Source: an uncultured delta proteobacterium (lineage in GTDB: Bacteria > Desulfobacterota > BSN033 > UBA1163). From it: a stretch of 64,000 nt of DNA. The notes under the pieces are model-generated. The model was not told the origin of the DNA. It saw only the letters and a list, made by a program, of their open reading frames with translations, and ran no database searches. The stretch is taken from assembly GCA_963827685.1 (NCBI GenBank), contig CAWHBU010000004.1, positions 256,001 through 320,000 of the forward strand, read 5' to 3'. The position numbers and the translations under genes were made by a program. Below are positions 9,627-19,593 of the stretch, piece by piece; position 1 is the stretch's first letter, and every line of letters starts with the position of its first letter.

Positions 9627-10165
9627 TAAAGAACCCCGCAGCAGAGCTGCGGGGCATTAAAATTCAAAACTTAATTGCTCCTGTTGCTGATACTTTATAT
9701 AGCGACGTATGACTTCAGAGGTAACTTTGTCTCCAACAGACCGAACAAAATACCCATCACTCCAAAACTCTCCACCCCAAAGCTCTTTCTTCACCTCTGG
9801 AAACTGCTTGAACACCATTTTCGCCGAGATACTCTTTATGATCTGCACAATCTCTGCCGGACAATACCGAGGAGGGGCAGACAAAAATAAATGAACATGA
9901 TCATCCTTTACCTCCATCGTATCTATCTCAAACTCGTACCTCTCCGATATTTGCTCAAAACTCATCTTAAGCCTTTTTGCCAACTCACCTCCCAATATCA
10001 TCTTCCGATATTTGGGAACCCATACCATATGATATTTCAAATCGTAGACCGCATGGCTTGTTCTTTTTATCGAGCTCATGCAGTACTTATACCATGTCTT
10101 ATCGCTTCGCGAACCTGTTTTCATCCGCCCAGCAGAGCTGGGCGGTATTCAACAGGTATTTTTTA
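9627..10165 (-). mobile_element. IS200-type element (tnpA only, 539 bp), copy 2
   Basis: Reverse complement of 4414-4952; identical translated ORFs. Confidence 0.95.
9657..10079 (-). CDS. tnpA: IS200/IS605 family Y1 transposase
   Basis: Identical protein to 4500-4922. Confidence 0.95.
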   Translation of the reverse strand: MSSIKRTSHAVYDLKYHMVWVPKYRKMILGGELAKRLKMSFEQISERYEFEIDTMEVKDDHVHLFLSAPPRYCPAEIVQIIKSISAKMVFKQFPEVKKELWGGEFWSDGYFVRSVGDKVTSEVIRRYIKYQQQEQLSFEF

Positions 10166-11022
10166 TAAAGAGATAATTCGTCCCCAGACCCCACAGCTCA
10201 GGGTCGTGCCTGTACGGGAAAGCTTAGACCCGGCCATAGAAATCCAGCCTTATGATGAGTTGCGGAAGATCGTTCTATCCCAGAAGACCATTGCCTTGGC
10301 GGATTGTATCTGCCGGGAGAAAAGTGCGCTTCTGGGTCACCCTTGCAGTAAACCCATGGAAACCTGTCTTTTATTTGGGCCCATAGGCGAGTACTACATC
10401 GAAAACGGCATTGGCCGGAGGATCACCTGCGAAGAGGCCCTGAAGGTTCTGCAACAAAGTGAGGAAGCGGGCTTGGTGCCGAGTCCGGCGAATGCGCAAA
10501 AGACAGCGGGAATATGTAACTGCTGCGGCTGTTGCTGCGGGGTGTTAAAGGCCCTCAAACTCCACAGCCATCCCAGCAGCTATGTAAAGTCAAATTTCTT
10601 CGCCCAGGTTGATGAGGACCTCTGTACAGGCTGCGAAACCTGTCTGAAAAGGTGCCAAATTGAGGCCATCTCCGTGGAGGACGACCGGGCCCGAATTGAC
10701 CTCAAGCGCTGCTTGGGCTGCGGACTTTGTGTGACGACCTGTCCCACCAAGGCGCTCTCCTTGCGCAAAAAAGATGCCCGAGAGGCTTATGTGCCTCCAC
10801 CAAAACACATCGATACGTACTTGCAGATCTCCAAAGAAATGGGGAAGATCTAAAAAACGCTCAAGATCAGAACGTCAACTCGTCAAAAGTGTTTCGGGAG
10901 GTATATGTGCCCCGGGGGTGTTTTTTGAAAAAGGTTCAACATGGATCACAACCCCCAGGCTTTGCAGTTCATACTATAACCCATTAAAATTGCCATTCAT
11001 CTTCTTATCCAAGGAGGCTTTT

Positions 11023-11796
11023 ATGAGCAAGGATGAAATAAGGGAATATGGTTATAGTTTGGGTGTGGATGTTGTGGGTTTTGCTTCCATACAGGATTAT
11101 AAATCCGAAAGATCACCGGATCCGAAGAGCATTTTGCCGGATGCGAAATCAATTGTTGTTCTTGGACATCGCATGATCGACGGCGCACTGGATGGCAAGA
11201 ATCCTCGGATCAATATGGCGGGCCGGATGGTCGTGATGGACACATCCAAAAGTCACCTTTATCTCATGGCCAAATTTGTTGAAAAGAGATTTAAGGTGAG
11301 AGCAGCGACGGTATTACCCTCTTATCCGCTGGATATGGAAGCACCGGCATTGGGGCTCTTGGGAGATTTGTCCCTGCGTCATGCCGCAGTCGCCGCAGGT
11401 GTTGGGGTGTTCGGGCGGCATAATCTTATTATTCATCCTCGTTTTGGATCGCGTCTCAGCTTTACGGGGTTACTGACGGAACTGCCTCTTGCCTCTGATC
11501 CGCCCATTAAAGAAGAACTTTGCAATGGGTGTGGTTTATGCGTCGAGGCTTGTCCTGGAGGGGCCCTTGATACCGAAAAGAGGACAGAGGAACTGAAATG
11601 CTTACGGGCCTCACAGCCGTATGGCATCGGTAGCGCAGTCGGTTACATTCGGAAATTTTTCGGTAAATCCGTGGATGAGCAGAAAGCCTTGATCAAAGAT
11701 CCGTTTTTCATGAGCCTCTACCAGGCGTCATTCATCGGATTTCAATACGCCTGCTTCAATTGCATCGCTGTTTGTCCAATAGGTGAAATATGTTAG
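11023..11796 (+). CDS. epoxyqueuosine-reductase-like (cobalamin/4Fe-4S) protein
   Basis: RHAAVAAGVG.FGRHNL..HPRFGSR, CNGCGLCVEACP, CFNCIAVCP. Confidence 0.8.
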   Translation: MSKDEIREYGYSLGVDVVGFASIQDYKSERSPDPKSILPDAKSIVVLGHRMIDGALDGKNPRINMAGRMVVMDTSKSHLYLMAKFVEKRFKVRAATVLPSYPLDMEAPALGLLGDLSLRHAAVAAGVGVFGRHNLIIHPRFGSRLSFTGLLTELPLASDPPIKEELCNGCGLCVEACPGGALDTEKRTEELKCLRASQPYGIGSAVGYIRKFFGKSVDEQKALIKDPFFMSLYQASFIGFQYACFNCIAVCPIGEIC

Positions 11797-11887
11797 TCGT
11801 TGGCTGTTGCATCGGAATTGCTGTCGTTCTAACCGGGAAAAAATTAAAGGGGTTTGAAATATGCGCTTGACTTTTAGATACCTCAGC

Positions 11888-11921
11888 GCTATATTTTGTG
11901 TAGCGCTACATAAAATATAGC
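11888..11921. promoter_or_regulatory. 34-bp palindrome overlapping the promoter; probable operator of the HxlR-type regulator
   Basis: gctatattttgtgtagc|gctacataaaatatagc (1 mismatch); TTGACT -35-like box just upstream. Confidence 0.65.
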
Positions 11922-11939
11922 ATACGTTCCGGAGGAATC

Positions 11940-12341
11940 ATGCCGACACCAAAAGCCGGGATCAAGGTAAAGGGTTCTCGAACCGGACGCCCCATTATGG
12001 CGATTCTGGATCTTTTGGGCAGGCGATGGGCCCTGAGGATTCTTTGGGAGCTCCATCAAAGCGGCCCCAACAGCTTCAGAACCCTTCAAAAACTGTGCGG
12101 CGATATTTCGCCGACCGTGCTCAACTTGCGCTTGAAGGAATTGCGCGAGGCCGGCATCGTCGAACTGCGGGACAGAGAAGGATATTTGATCACCGAGGAA
12201 GGTGTCACCCTGGGCAAGATCATTGATCAGCTCAACATTTGGGCAAAGCGCTGGGCCGGACGAAAGAATTCGTCGAAACTCCCCTGCCGAAAAAAAAGAT
12301 CTTCACAAGAATCAACTCCCAATAAATATGCAAAACCATAA
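11940..12341 (+). CDS. HxlR family transcriptional regulator
   Basis: LDLLGRRWALRILWEL, SPTVLNLRLKELREAGIV. Confidence 0.9.
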   Translation: MPTPKAGIKVKGSRTGRPIMAILDLLGRRWALRILWELHQSGPNSFRTLQKLCGDISPTVLNLRLKELREAGIVELRDREGYLITEEGVTLGKIIDQLNIWAKRWAGRKNSSKLPCRKKRSSQESTPNKYAKP

Positions 12342-12351
12342 GGAGGTCATT

Positions 12352-12750
12352 ATGGCGCATCATGTCCACCATGTTTATCTCTTTGCGTCCGACATCGAAA
12401 AAAGCCTGGCTTTTTATCAAGCGTTCTTCGATGGCGAGATCATTTTCGATATGGAAATTGCGGGGGCACGCAACGTTTTTATGAAGGTCGGCATCGGCAG
12501 GATTCATTTCTATGATCAGCCTCCGAAAATGTCTGGTGCCGGTAGCATCCACCATTTCGGCGTCCAGACGGATGATGTAGAAAGAGACTACCAGCGGATG
12601 AAAACCGAGGGTGTTGCTTTCAACAAGCCGGTCATTGACCTGGGATACATGGAATACATCATGGTGCCCGCGCCGGACAACGTCCTCATTGAACTGTTTG
12701 AAGTCAACAAGGCGCTCCTCCCGGCCGAGTATCATGATTATTTTGCCTGA
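12352..12750 (+). CDS. VOC/glyoxalase family protein
   Basis: HHVYL, HHFG, PDNVLIELFE. Confidence 0.85.
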   Translation: MAHHVHHVYLFASDIEKSLAFYQAFFDGEIIFDMEIAGARNVFMKVGIGRIHFYDQPPKMSGAGSIHHFGVQTDDVERDYQRMKTEGVAFNKPVIDLGYMEYIMVPAPDNVLIELFEVNKALLPAEYHDYFA

Positions 12751-12796
12751 AAGGCTGTTCGGTAGATATTTGCGGTAGCATTTTTGAGGAGGCATT

Positions 12797-13624
12797 ATGC
12801 GCAAAGACTATGGCATTATAGATGTTTGGATGCAGCACCCAACCCTGAAATTCGTAAGTCAGCCCATGTTCGATTCCCTCAGGAGGTGGGTGGGGGCAGA
12901 AAGATTAACAGAGGAGATCCCGGTAGAGGTCACCATCGCTGCGATGGATGAGGCAGGTGTTCGATTGGGTTTGATATGTGCCTGGTGGGGTCCGCAGGGG
13001 CCACTTATCTCAAACGATGAAGTCGCAGCCCTTGTCGCGAAGTATCCAGACCGATTTGTTGGGATCGCATCCGTTGATTTATACAGACCGATGGATGGCA
13101 TTCGTGAACTGAGACGTTGCGTAAAAGAGCTTGGATTTAAAGGCCTTAGAATCGTCCAGTGGCTCTGGAACCTGCCCCCGACAGACAGACGTTATTACCC
13201 CTTGTATGCGGAGTGCATTGAACTTGGCATTCCCATCTGTCTCCAAGTAGGTCATACTGGCCCTCTGCGGCCTTCAGAACCAGGTCGACCTATCCCCTAT
13301 ATCGATGAGGTGGCCATTGAATTCCCTGAACTTATAGTCGTGTGTGGGCATATAGGATATCCCTGGACAGTGGAGATGATTGCCGTTGCAATGAAACATC
13401 CAAATGTTTACATTGACACCTCGGCCTACATTGCCAAGAGATATCCAAAGGAGTTGGTAGACTATCTGAAGAAGAACGGACGAGAAAAGGTTCTCTTCGG
13501 CACGAACTACCCTATGATTACCGCAGGGATGTGTTTGAAGGATCTGGATGCACTCGAACTCGGCGGGGAGGTAGAGAAACTTTTTTTGTGTGAGAATGCA
13601 AAACGAGTATTTGGGCTTCAGTAG
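12797..13624 (+). CDS. amidohydrolase_2 family protein
   Basis: ELRRCVKELGFKG, GHIGYPW, NVYIDTSAY, VLFGTNYP. Confidence 0.9.
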   Translation: MRKDYGIIDVWMQHPTLKFVSQPMFDSLRRWVGAERLTEEIPVEVTIAAMDEAGVRLGLICAWWGPQGPLISNDEVAALVAKYPDRFVGIASVDLYRPMDGIRELRRCVKELGFKGLRIVQWLWNLPPTDRRYYPLYAECIELGIPICLQVGHTGPLRPSEPGRPIPYIDEVAIEFPELIVVCGHIGYPWTVEMIAVAMKHPNVYIDTSAYIAKRYPKELVDYLKKNGREKVLFGTNYPMITAGMCLKDLDALELGGEVEKLFLCENAKRVFGLQ

Positions 13625-13725
13625 AACTGGGCTCCGAAAAGAGCGACTCGTTTTTTTTTAGGATTAAGTGGGGGCCGACTCAAATCTCACAGTCCGGTAT
13701 AATAAATGTGATTGGAGGATAAAAA

Positions 13726-14550
13726 ATGAAGAAAAATCTTCAATTTTTAACTGAGAAGAAAAGTAAAAAGAGCAAGATTACAATGCTTTCTTGCTATGAC
13801 TATCCTACTTCTTTGCTTGCTGAACAAGCGGGAGTGGATATTATTTTGGTTGGTGATAGTGTCGGTACAAAGATGCTTGGTTACAAAAGCCCTAATCAAG
13901 TTACCATGGAAGATATGATTCACCATGTAAAAGCAGTGCGTCGAGGAGTCACGAATTCATATTTAATGGCCGATATGCCGGTGAGTTCCGTTGAGACTCC
14001 CGCTCAAGCGTTAAAAGATGCCCGGATCTTTTTGAACCATGGTGCGGATGGGGTGAAAATTGAAGTATTTGAAACGGAAATCGTATCCCTTCTTTCTGAA
14101 AATGGGATCGAAGTTTGCGTGGATCTGATCTACCCCTTCCTACAGCATCGTGACTCGCAGAAACCCGTTGCCAAGCTCTTAGCGGATTATTTCGCGATTG
14201 CCGTAAACCATCAACGACACGGAGCCGCCTTGTTGGTCTTTACCATGGCTCCTGAAGAGATAGCCAAATTGGCAACCGAGCAGCTTAAAATCCCTACGGT
14301 TGGCGTAGGCTCAGGCAGATATACGGACGGCCAGGTTTTGATTACAGCTGAAATGCTCGGAATGAGTAAAGCGGCTCATTATTATAATAAACTTTACGAT
14401 ACCTTTGAAGAACGAACATTAAAAGCAATGCAGCAATTTGTAAACGAAGTAACAAATAGCGAGTTTCCCACAGAACAGAATTCCCAGCATGTAGGCGAGG
14501 ACCAGCTTAAGGAAGTCAAAGAATTAGTTAAACGGATGGATAGTATATAA
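13726..14550 (+). CDS. panB: ketopantoate hydroxymethyltransferase-like protein (divergent active site)
   Basis: YDY, ILVGDS, ADMP, VKIE, GVGSG...DGQVL; HxGLTPQ motif and catalytic Glu not evident. Confidence 0.75.
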   Translation: MKKNLQFLTEKKSKKSKITMLSCYDYPTSLLAEQAGVDIILVGDSVGTKMLGYKSPNQVTMEDMIHHVKAVRRGVTNSYLMADMPVSSVETPAQALKDARIFLNHGADGVKIEVFETEIVSLLSENGIEVCVDLIYPFLQHRDSQKPVAKLLADYFAIAVNHQRHGAALLVFTMAPEEIAKLATEQLKIPTVGVGSGRYTDGQVLITAEMLGMSKAAHYYNKLYDTFEERTLKAMQQFVNEVTNSEFPTEQNSQHVGEDQLKEVKELVKRMDSI

Positions 14551-14614
14551 GAATTGACGCTCTCCATGGCTCTTGCTGGGGCAGCGGTTGGGGCGTTTGT
14601 TAATGAGGAAAATC

Positions 14615-15022
14615 ATGGAAAAGGAGCTTCTACTCAAAATCGGCGGGATACACAACATTCTGTGTGCTCTGCTGCATGTGATATTTCCCAGAATGTTCAA
14701 ATGGAGCAAGGTACTGGAATCACTTCCCGGCGATAAACGATTAATCCTTGAACCATCCTTGCATATTATGAACTGGTGCATGGTAGTTTTCTGGGTAATA
14801 CTTGCGTATATTTCCCTTGTGCATACCTTAGAGCTATTGATACCCGGCCTTGGTAGGACTCTGCTGGTCTCGATCGTGATATTCTGGATTATCCGGATTT
14901 TCGTGCTTCAGCCCATATACATAGGTATTAAAAATCGGATGTCCTGGCAGATGATTGGATTTTTCCTGGTCGGGCTTGTTCTTTTCGCAGTGCCGCTCAT
15001 AGAATCACTTGGATCTCGTTAA
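14615..15022 (+). CDS. four-TM hypothetical membrane protein
   Basis: Four hydrophobic segments; GAGGA RBS. Confidence 0.7.
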   Translation: MEKELLLKIGGIHNILCALLHVIFPRMFKWSKVLESLPGDKRLILEPSLHIMNWCMVVFWVILAYISLVHTLELLIPGLGRTLLVSIVIFWIIRIFVLQPIYIGIKNRMSWQMIGFFLVGLVLFAVPLIESLGSR

Positions 15023-15207
15023 TATAGCAATAAAAAAGACTATGATTGACCGCACGTTTCAATAGGATGAGCAAGGCCTTGTGATTCATTCAGCCGATAG
15101 CTCGAAAGGATTCCTAATAAGTTGTTTTAGAACTCACGGTTTCGCCGGATTCGCGCGGGTTTCGCGGTTTCGGCGTTGACGGCTCCCGGTGAGCCTCAGA
15201 ATTGGAC

Positions 15208-15885
15208 ATGATGAATACCAATGACAGCCTCCTCCGTGTGCTTGACCCATGGCCATGCTGTATTCTGGCCACTGCCCGTATCGCGGGTCTGCCTGAGCGG
15301 GAGAATTCCTTCTTCGCTGCTTTTATGCCCCAAGCGATAACGGCCCTCACATTGGGACATCACGTCACGACTGAGGAGGAGTGGACTTGGTATGCAACCA
15401 TGACAGGAGGAGAGCACTGCGCTGCCGACAATCATGCCAAGAAGCTATGTGAGAGGATCAAAGAGAACTTGATACAAGCGGGGCATGAGGCCAAGCTGGT
15501 CAGTTACCCCGGTGTAAGCGGTCTGCAGTTTCGTTATGTCGCAGAGGCCTCAGGCCTGGGGACAATTGGCACCAATGCTTTTCTATTTCACCCTGTATGG
15601 GGTCCCTGGATTCATCTACGTGTACTGGCTACAACGGCCATTCTTGACATTCATCCGAAGGAGACAGGTAATCAGTTGTGCAATCAGTGCGGCTTGTGCA
15701 TCTCAGAATGCCCTGCTGGGGCCATATCGGATGAGTCTTTCGTGGGACATCAGTGTCGATCATACCGCAAAGCCAAAGGGGAATATGAGCCGTATGGATT
15801 GAGTGGTGAGCTCAGGTGGTGCAAGCGATGCATTAAAGTATGCCCGCAGGGACAACAACCCATTCCCCGCATAAGCGGTGCATAG
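15208..15885 (+). CDS. QueG-like 4Fe-4S protein
   Basis: AEASGLGTIG.N...HPVWGPWIHLR, CNQCGLCISECP, CKRCIKVCP. Confidence 0.75.
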   Translation: MMNTNDSLLRVLDPWPCCILATARIAGLPERENSFFAAFMPQAITALTLGHHVTTEEEWTWYATMTGGEHCAADNHAKKLCERIKENLIQAGHEAKLVSYPGVSGLQFRYVAEASGLGTIGTNAFLFHPVWGPWIHLRVLATTAILDIHPKETGNQLCNQCGLCISECPAGAISDESFVGHQCRSYRKAKGEYEPYGLSGELRWCKRCIKVCPQGQQPIPRISGA

Positions 15886-15973
15886 ACTGTCGAGTAAACG
15901 GCTCCAACTGATGGTTTACAGCTGCCGCTGACCCACAAAGATCGGCCAATTTGGGTAGAGGAGAAGGTTTGAG

Positions 15974-16642
15974 ATGAAAGATGAAGAAAGAGATGATCCC
16001 TTCCTGGGGGAAAGACTTGTCAAATATGACGAATGGTTAAACAAGGGGCAGATTTCATTTTTGTCAAAGGTCATCCCTGTCTCAGAGTCCCTCAAAGCAA
16101 AGGAATGGGTCTTGCCAACCGAGCAGGCCATAGAGGTACTACGAAATGCAAAATCAGTGGCATTGCAGAACTGTGAATGCAGGACTCACTACAAAAGGTG
16201 TGACAAGCCGGTTGAAGTTTGTTTCCTGCTGAATGAAGCGGGAGACAAATCCGTCTCCGAGGGCAAGGCCCGTCAGGTGTCTTTGACTGAGGCGACGGAT
16301 GTTCTAAGAAAAGCAAATGAAAACGGCCTGGTTCATCTCTCCCTATACATGCCCAACCATCAGGTTTTTGCACTCTGCAGCTGCTGCGCGTGTTGTTGCC
16401 ATGATCTGCAAATTGTAAAGCTTTTTGATCGGAAGGACCTGATGGTCCGTTCTGAATATGTAGCGGTCACTGATTCTGAGATCTGCGTCCATTGCGGGAA
16501 ATGCATTGAACGCTGCGTGTTTGGTGCTCGGGTATTTCGGGGTGAACAAATGGAATATCATGCTGAAGAATGTCTTGGATGCGGGCTTTGCATTACCACT
16601 TGCCCTGTCCAGGCGACATTTATGCAACCCCGGAAATCATAG
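15974..16642 (+). CDS. 4Fe-4S binding protein
   Basis: CECR, CSCCACCC, two ferredoxin motifs; shorter relative of 9250-10853. Confidence 0.85.
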   Translation: MKDEERDDPFLGERLVKYDEWLNKGQISFLSKVIPVSESLKAKEWVLPTEQAIEVLRNAKSVALQNCECRTHYKRCDKPVEVCFLLNEAGDKSVSEGKARQVSLTEATDVLRKANENGLVHLSLYMPNHQVFALCSCCACCCHDLQIVKLFDRKDLMVRSEYVAVTDSEICVHCGKCIERCVFGARVFRGEQMEYHAEECLGCGLCITTCPVQATFMQPRKS

Positions 16643-16869
16643 CCCAGGTAAGTGAGTCGATGGGACATTGCTTCAGAGACAACTTATGAAAAAGTATTAT
16701 TCCAAATTAAATTGACCTTTCGTTTCGCCATTCGACTTACCAGTAGTGATTCTGGTATTCCTAAGATAGCTTCACTTTGAACTAACCTTCAGCTTTTTTA
16801 TTTTTTTGGTCACACTTCCCGCTTAGAAAGAGTCAAAAGGAATAGATAACACAACAATCGAGGAAAAAC

Positions 16870-17709
16870 ATGGAATCAGATATCGAGATGTTAGTCAGCA
16901 TTGCGAAAGAGGGTGATAAAAGGGCCCTCGAAGAGCTGGTTTTGAAGATTCAGGATAAAATCTATGGCCTTGCCTTACGCATGCTTTATAATCCGTCCGA
17001 TGCTGAAGATGCGTCTCAGGAAATCCTACTTAGAATCATTACTCATCTCGGGACTTTCAGGGGAGAAAGCTCCTTTAGCACCTGGATGTACCGGGTGGCG
17101 GCCAATCACCTGCTGACTATACGCAAGCGCCGGGCGGAACTCAGGGCCGTGTCCTTTGAGGAATACGGAAAGAGTTGTGATTTAAAATCAGCTATGGATT
17201 GGCAGGAATCGCAATCCGAAACACTACAGCATCTTTTTGTGGAAGAGATCAGAATCAGTTGCCTGCAAGGTCTGCTGCTTTGTTTGGATAGGGAACACCG
17301 GCTGGCTTATCTCCTGGCGGATGTATTTGATGTCAGCAGTGAACAAGGAGCGGCGATCCTTGATATCACACCTGCTGCCTTTCGCAAGCGCCTTTCGCGG
17401 GCGCGGGAACGGATTCAAGATTTTCTGACAAAGAATTGCGCGTTGATCAATCCGGACAATCCCTGCCACTGTGAACGCCAAGTGGTCTCTCAGCTGGATA
17501 CCGGGAGGTTTGATGATAAACACATGGTTTTTGCCAAACATCCCTGCCGCATCAGGCACGAAGAAAGCGCCTTGATTCGTATCAGGGAAATGGATGAACT
17601 AAACCAAATTGCCGTCCTTTATAAGCGCTACCCCGATTTTCGTGCCCCCGCGGTTTTTATCGAAAACCTCAGGGGCTTGGTGGGTTCAAAAAAATATGAG
17701 TTGTTGTAA
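16870..17709 (+). CDS. ECF RNA polymerase sigma factor with Cys-containing C-terminal extension
   Basis: DAEDASQE, FSTWMYRVAAN, FRKRLSRAR; extension CALINPDNPCHC. Confidence 0.9.
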   Translation: MESDIEMLVSIAKEGDKRALEELVLKIQDKIYGLALRMLYNPSDAEDASQEILLRIITHLGTFRGESSFSTWMYRVAANHLLTIRKRRAELRAVSFEEYGKSCDLKSAMDWQESQSETLQHLFVEEIRISCLQGLLLCLDREHRLAYLLADVFDVSSEQGAAILDITPAAFRKRLSRARERIQDFLTKNCALINPDNPCHCERQVVSQLDTGRFDDKHMVFAKHPCRIRHEESALIRIREMDELNQIAVLYKRYPDFRAPAVFIENLRGLVGSKKYELL

Positions 17710-17735
17710 GGGGAAAAAGTAGGAAGGAGAGAAAC

Positions 17736-18086
17736 ATGGAGAAAATGATCGCTTTTTGTGGAATCAATTGTGCTGAATGTCCCACATTCTTGGCTACACA
17801 GGCGAATGATGATAAAAAACGAATAAAAATCGCAAAGCGATGGTCATTAGAGTATGAGAAACATAAAGATCTTAAACCAGAAGAAATCAATTGCAATGGT
17901 TGTTTAACGAAAAATGGTATTCTTTTCAAGTCCTGTAGAGTTTGCTCTATAAGAGAGTGCGGAATGAAACGGAAGGTTGCCAATTGTGCATATTGTGAGG
18001 AGTATCCATGCCAAAAATTGAATGATTTTTTAATAGAGGTACCCTATGGAAAAGCCAACCTGGATGAAATAAGAAAAACATTATAA
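17736..18086 (+). CDS. DUF3795 domain protein
   Basis: CGINCAECP, CNGC, C..C.IREC, CAYCEEYPC. Confidence 0.85.
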   Translation: MEKMIAFCGINCAECPTFLATQANDDKKRIKIAKRWSLEYEKHKDLKPEEINCNGCLTKNGILFKSCRVCSIRECGMKRKVANCAYCEEYPCQKLNDFLIEVPYGKANLDEIRKTL

Positions 18087-18171
18087 AGGATCAGTACTTA
18101 CTTCTTAAGGAAAGCAAAATGGAAGATGCAGTCAAACGCTTGTTCCTTCAACTAAATGAAAGGAGAATACG

Positions 18172-18588
18172 ATGGACTACAGACATATGACAGCACCGTG
18201 CGGATTGGATTGCTTCAATTGCCCCGTGTATTTGGCCAATGAGAATCAAAAGCTCAGGGCTGTGATAGCCGAAAGATTTGGGATTCCCGAAAAAGAGGCA
18301 GTTTGCCAGGGATGTCGAAACGAGGGCGGCACGATCGCCTTCCTGGGTATGACCGAGCCGTGCAATGTCTACCGCTGTATCGAGAAGAAGGGGCTTCGCT
18401 TTTGCTGTGACTGCGATGATTTCCCTTGTGACCATCTTCATCCGTATGCAGATCAAGCTTCCCAGAAGCCGCATAATACCAAAGTTTTTAATTTATGCTT
18501 AATCAAGAAGATGGGGCTGGAATCATGGGCGCAAACAAAGGCGAAAAGTGTTAGAGACACCTATTTCAACCAGAAGTTTAAGCTGTAG
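18172..18588 (+). CDS. DUF3795 domain protein
   Basis: APCGLDCFNC, CQGCR, CCDCDDFPC. Confidence 0.85.
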   Translation: MDYRHMTAPCGLDCFNCPVYLANENQKLRAVIAERFGIPEKEAVCQGCRNEGGTIAFLGMTEPCNVYRCIEKKGLRFCCDCDDFPCDHLHPYADQASQKPHNTKVFNLCLIKKMGLESWAQTKAKSVRDTYFNQKFKL

Positions 18589-18875
18589 CCAAAAGTAGTT
18601 GTATGAAGGCATAATCAAGCGTTCCCTCTGCTTGTGCCGTAAACAGTGGTACCCACCGGTGAGCTTTGACATCGAAAGTGGTCGGCTTTTTCCCGCCCGG
18701 ACTATCCTTTTCGCTTTGCCTCTTGTGAAATCACTTAGATATCATTAAGATAACAAAAAAAGAATGTGGCTGCTAATAGCATGTTTCATTGGGCGGAGCA
18801 GATTGCGATATAAGTTGAGAATTCATCGGAGTCCAGAGCATTGAATAGGAATGATACGAAAAGGAGGAAATACCC

Positions 18876-19559
18876 ATGAGCATCGTGGATCTTAAAAAGG
18901 AGGGCGATATTTTCATTCTTACCATGCAGAACGGGGAGAACCGGTTTAATCGTGCCTTCATCGATGCCATGAATCAGGCCCTGGATACAGTCGAAAAATC
19001 CAGCGGACCGGCAGCTCTCGTCACCAGCGGCGGGGAGGAAAAATTCTACTCAAACGGCTTGGACCTGGCCTGGCTCACCGGCGATGGTGAGAAGGAGAGA
19101 CCCCAATTTGTCAAGTCTGTCCTGAAATTCCTCGGACGGGTGATGGCCTATCCCATACCCACGGTGGCTGCGATTAACGGGCATGTCTTTGCTGCAGGAG
19201 CGATGCTGGCGCTGGCCCACGATTTCCGAGTGATGCGGGCTGACCGGGGTTTCTTCTGCCTTCCCGAAGTGGATATCAACATCCCGATGGCTCCTGGTAT
19301 GACTGCCCTGATCAAAAGCCGACTCTTACCCAATGTGTTTCGCTACTCCATTCTCACGGGGGCGCGCATCGGCGGCGTCGAGGCAAAGGAACTTGGTATT
19401 GTCGATGAAGCTGTTCCCGCTGAACAGGTGCTACCGCGGGCTATGGCTCGGGTTTCCTCAATGGCCAACAAGGGCCGGGATATCTACGGAAGCCTGAAGC
19501 GGGGCATGTATGCGGAGGCAATCGCTTTGCTGGAGAGCGGCGCAGTGAATTTTCCGTGA
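18876..19559 (+). CDS. enoyl-CoA hydratase/isomerase family protein (delta-isomerase-like)
   Basis: YSNGLDL, PTVAAINGH..AAG, FCLPEVD. Confidence 0.9.
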   Translation: MSIVDLKKEGDIFILTMQNGENRFNRAFIDAMNQALDTVEKSSGPAALVTSGGEEKFYSNGLDLAWLTGDGEKERPQFVKSVLKFLGRVMAYPIPTVAAINGHVFAAGAMLALAHDFRVMRADRGFFCLPEVDINIPMAPGMTALIKSRLLPNVFRYSILTGARIGGVEAKELGIVDEAVPAEQVLPRAMARVSSMANKGRDIYGSLKRGMYAEAIALLESGAVNFP

Positions 19560-19593
19560 TTCATGCCAAAAGCATCCCGAAGGAGAATTCAAA

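Larger units (their letters stand above)
9250..10853 (+). pseudogene. 4Fe-4S ferredoxin-domain protein (N-terminal wHTH-like) interrupted by IS200
   Basis: Removing 9627-10165 restores AMSKEIIRPQTPQLRVVP; CNCCGCCC and two CxxCxxCxxxC(P) motifs. Confidence 0.9.

Noticed and set aside
9891-10165. N-terminus of the 320-aa ORF and C-terminal tails of the 4212 and 9250 ORFs
   Set aside because: These read IS200 sequence and are fusion artefacts.
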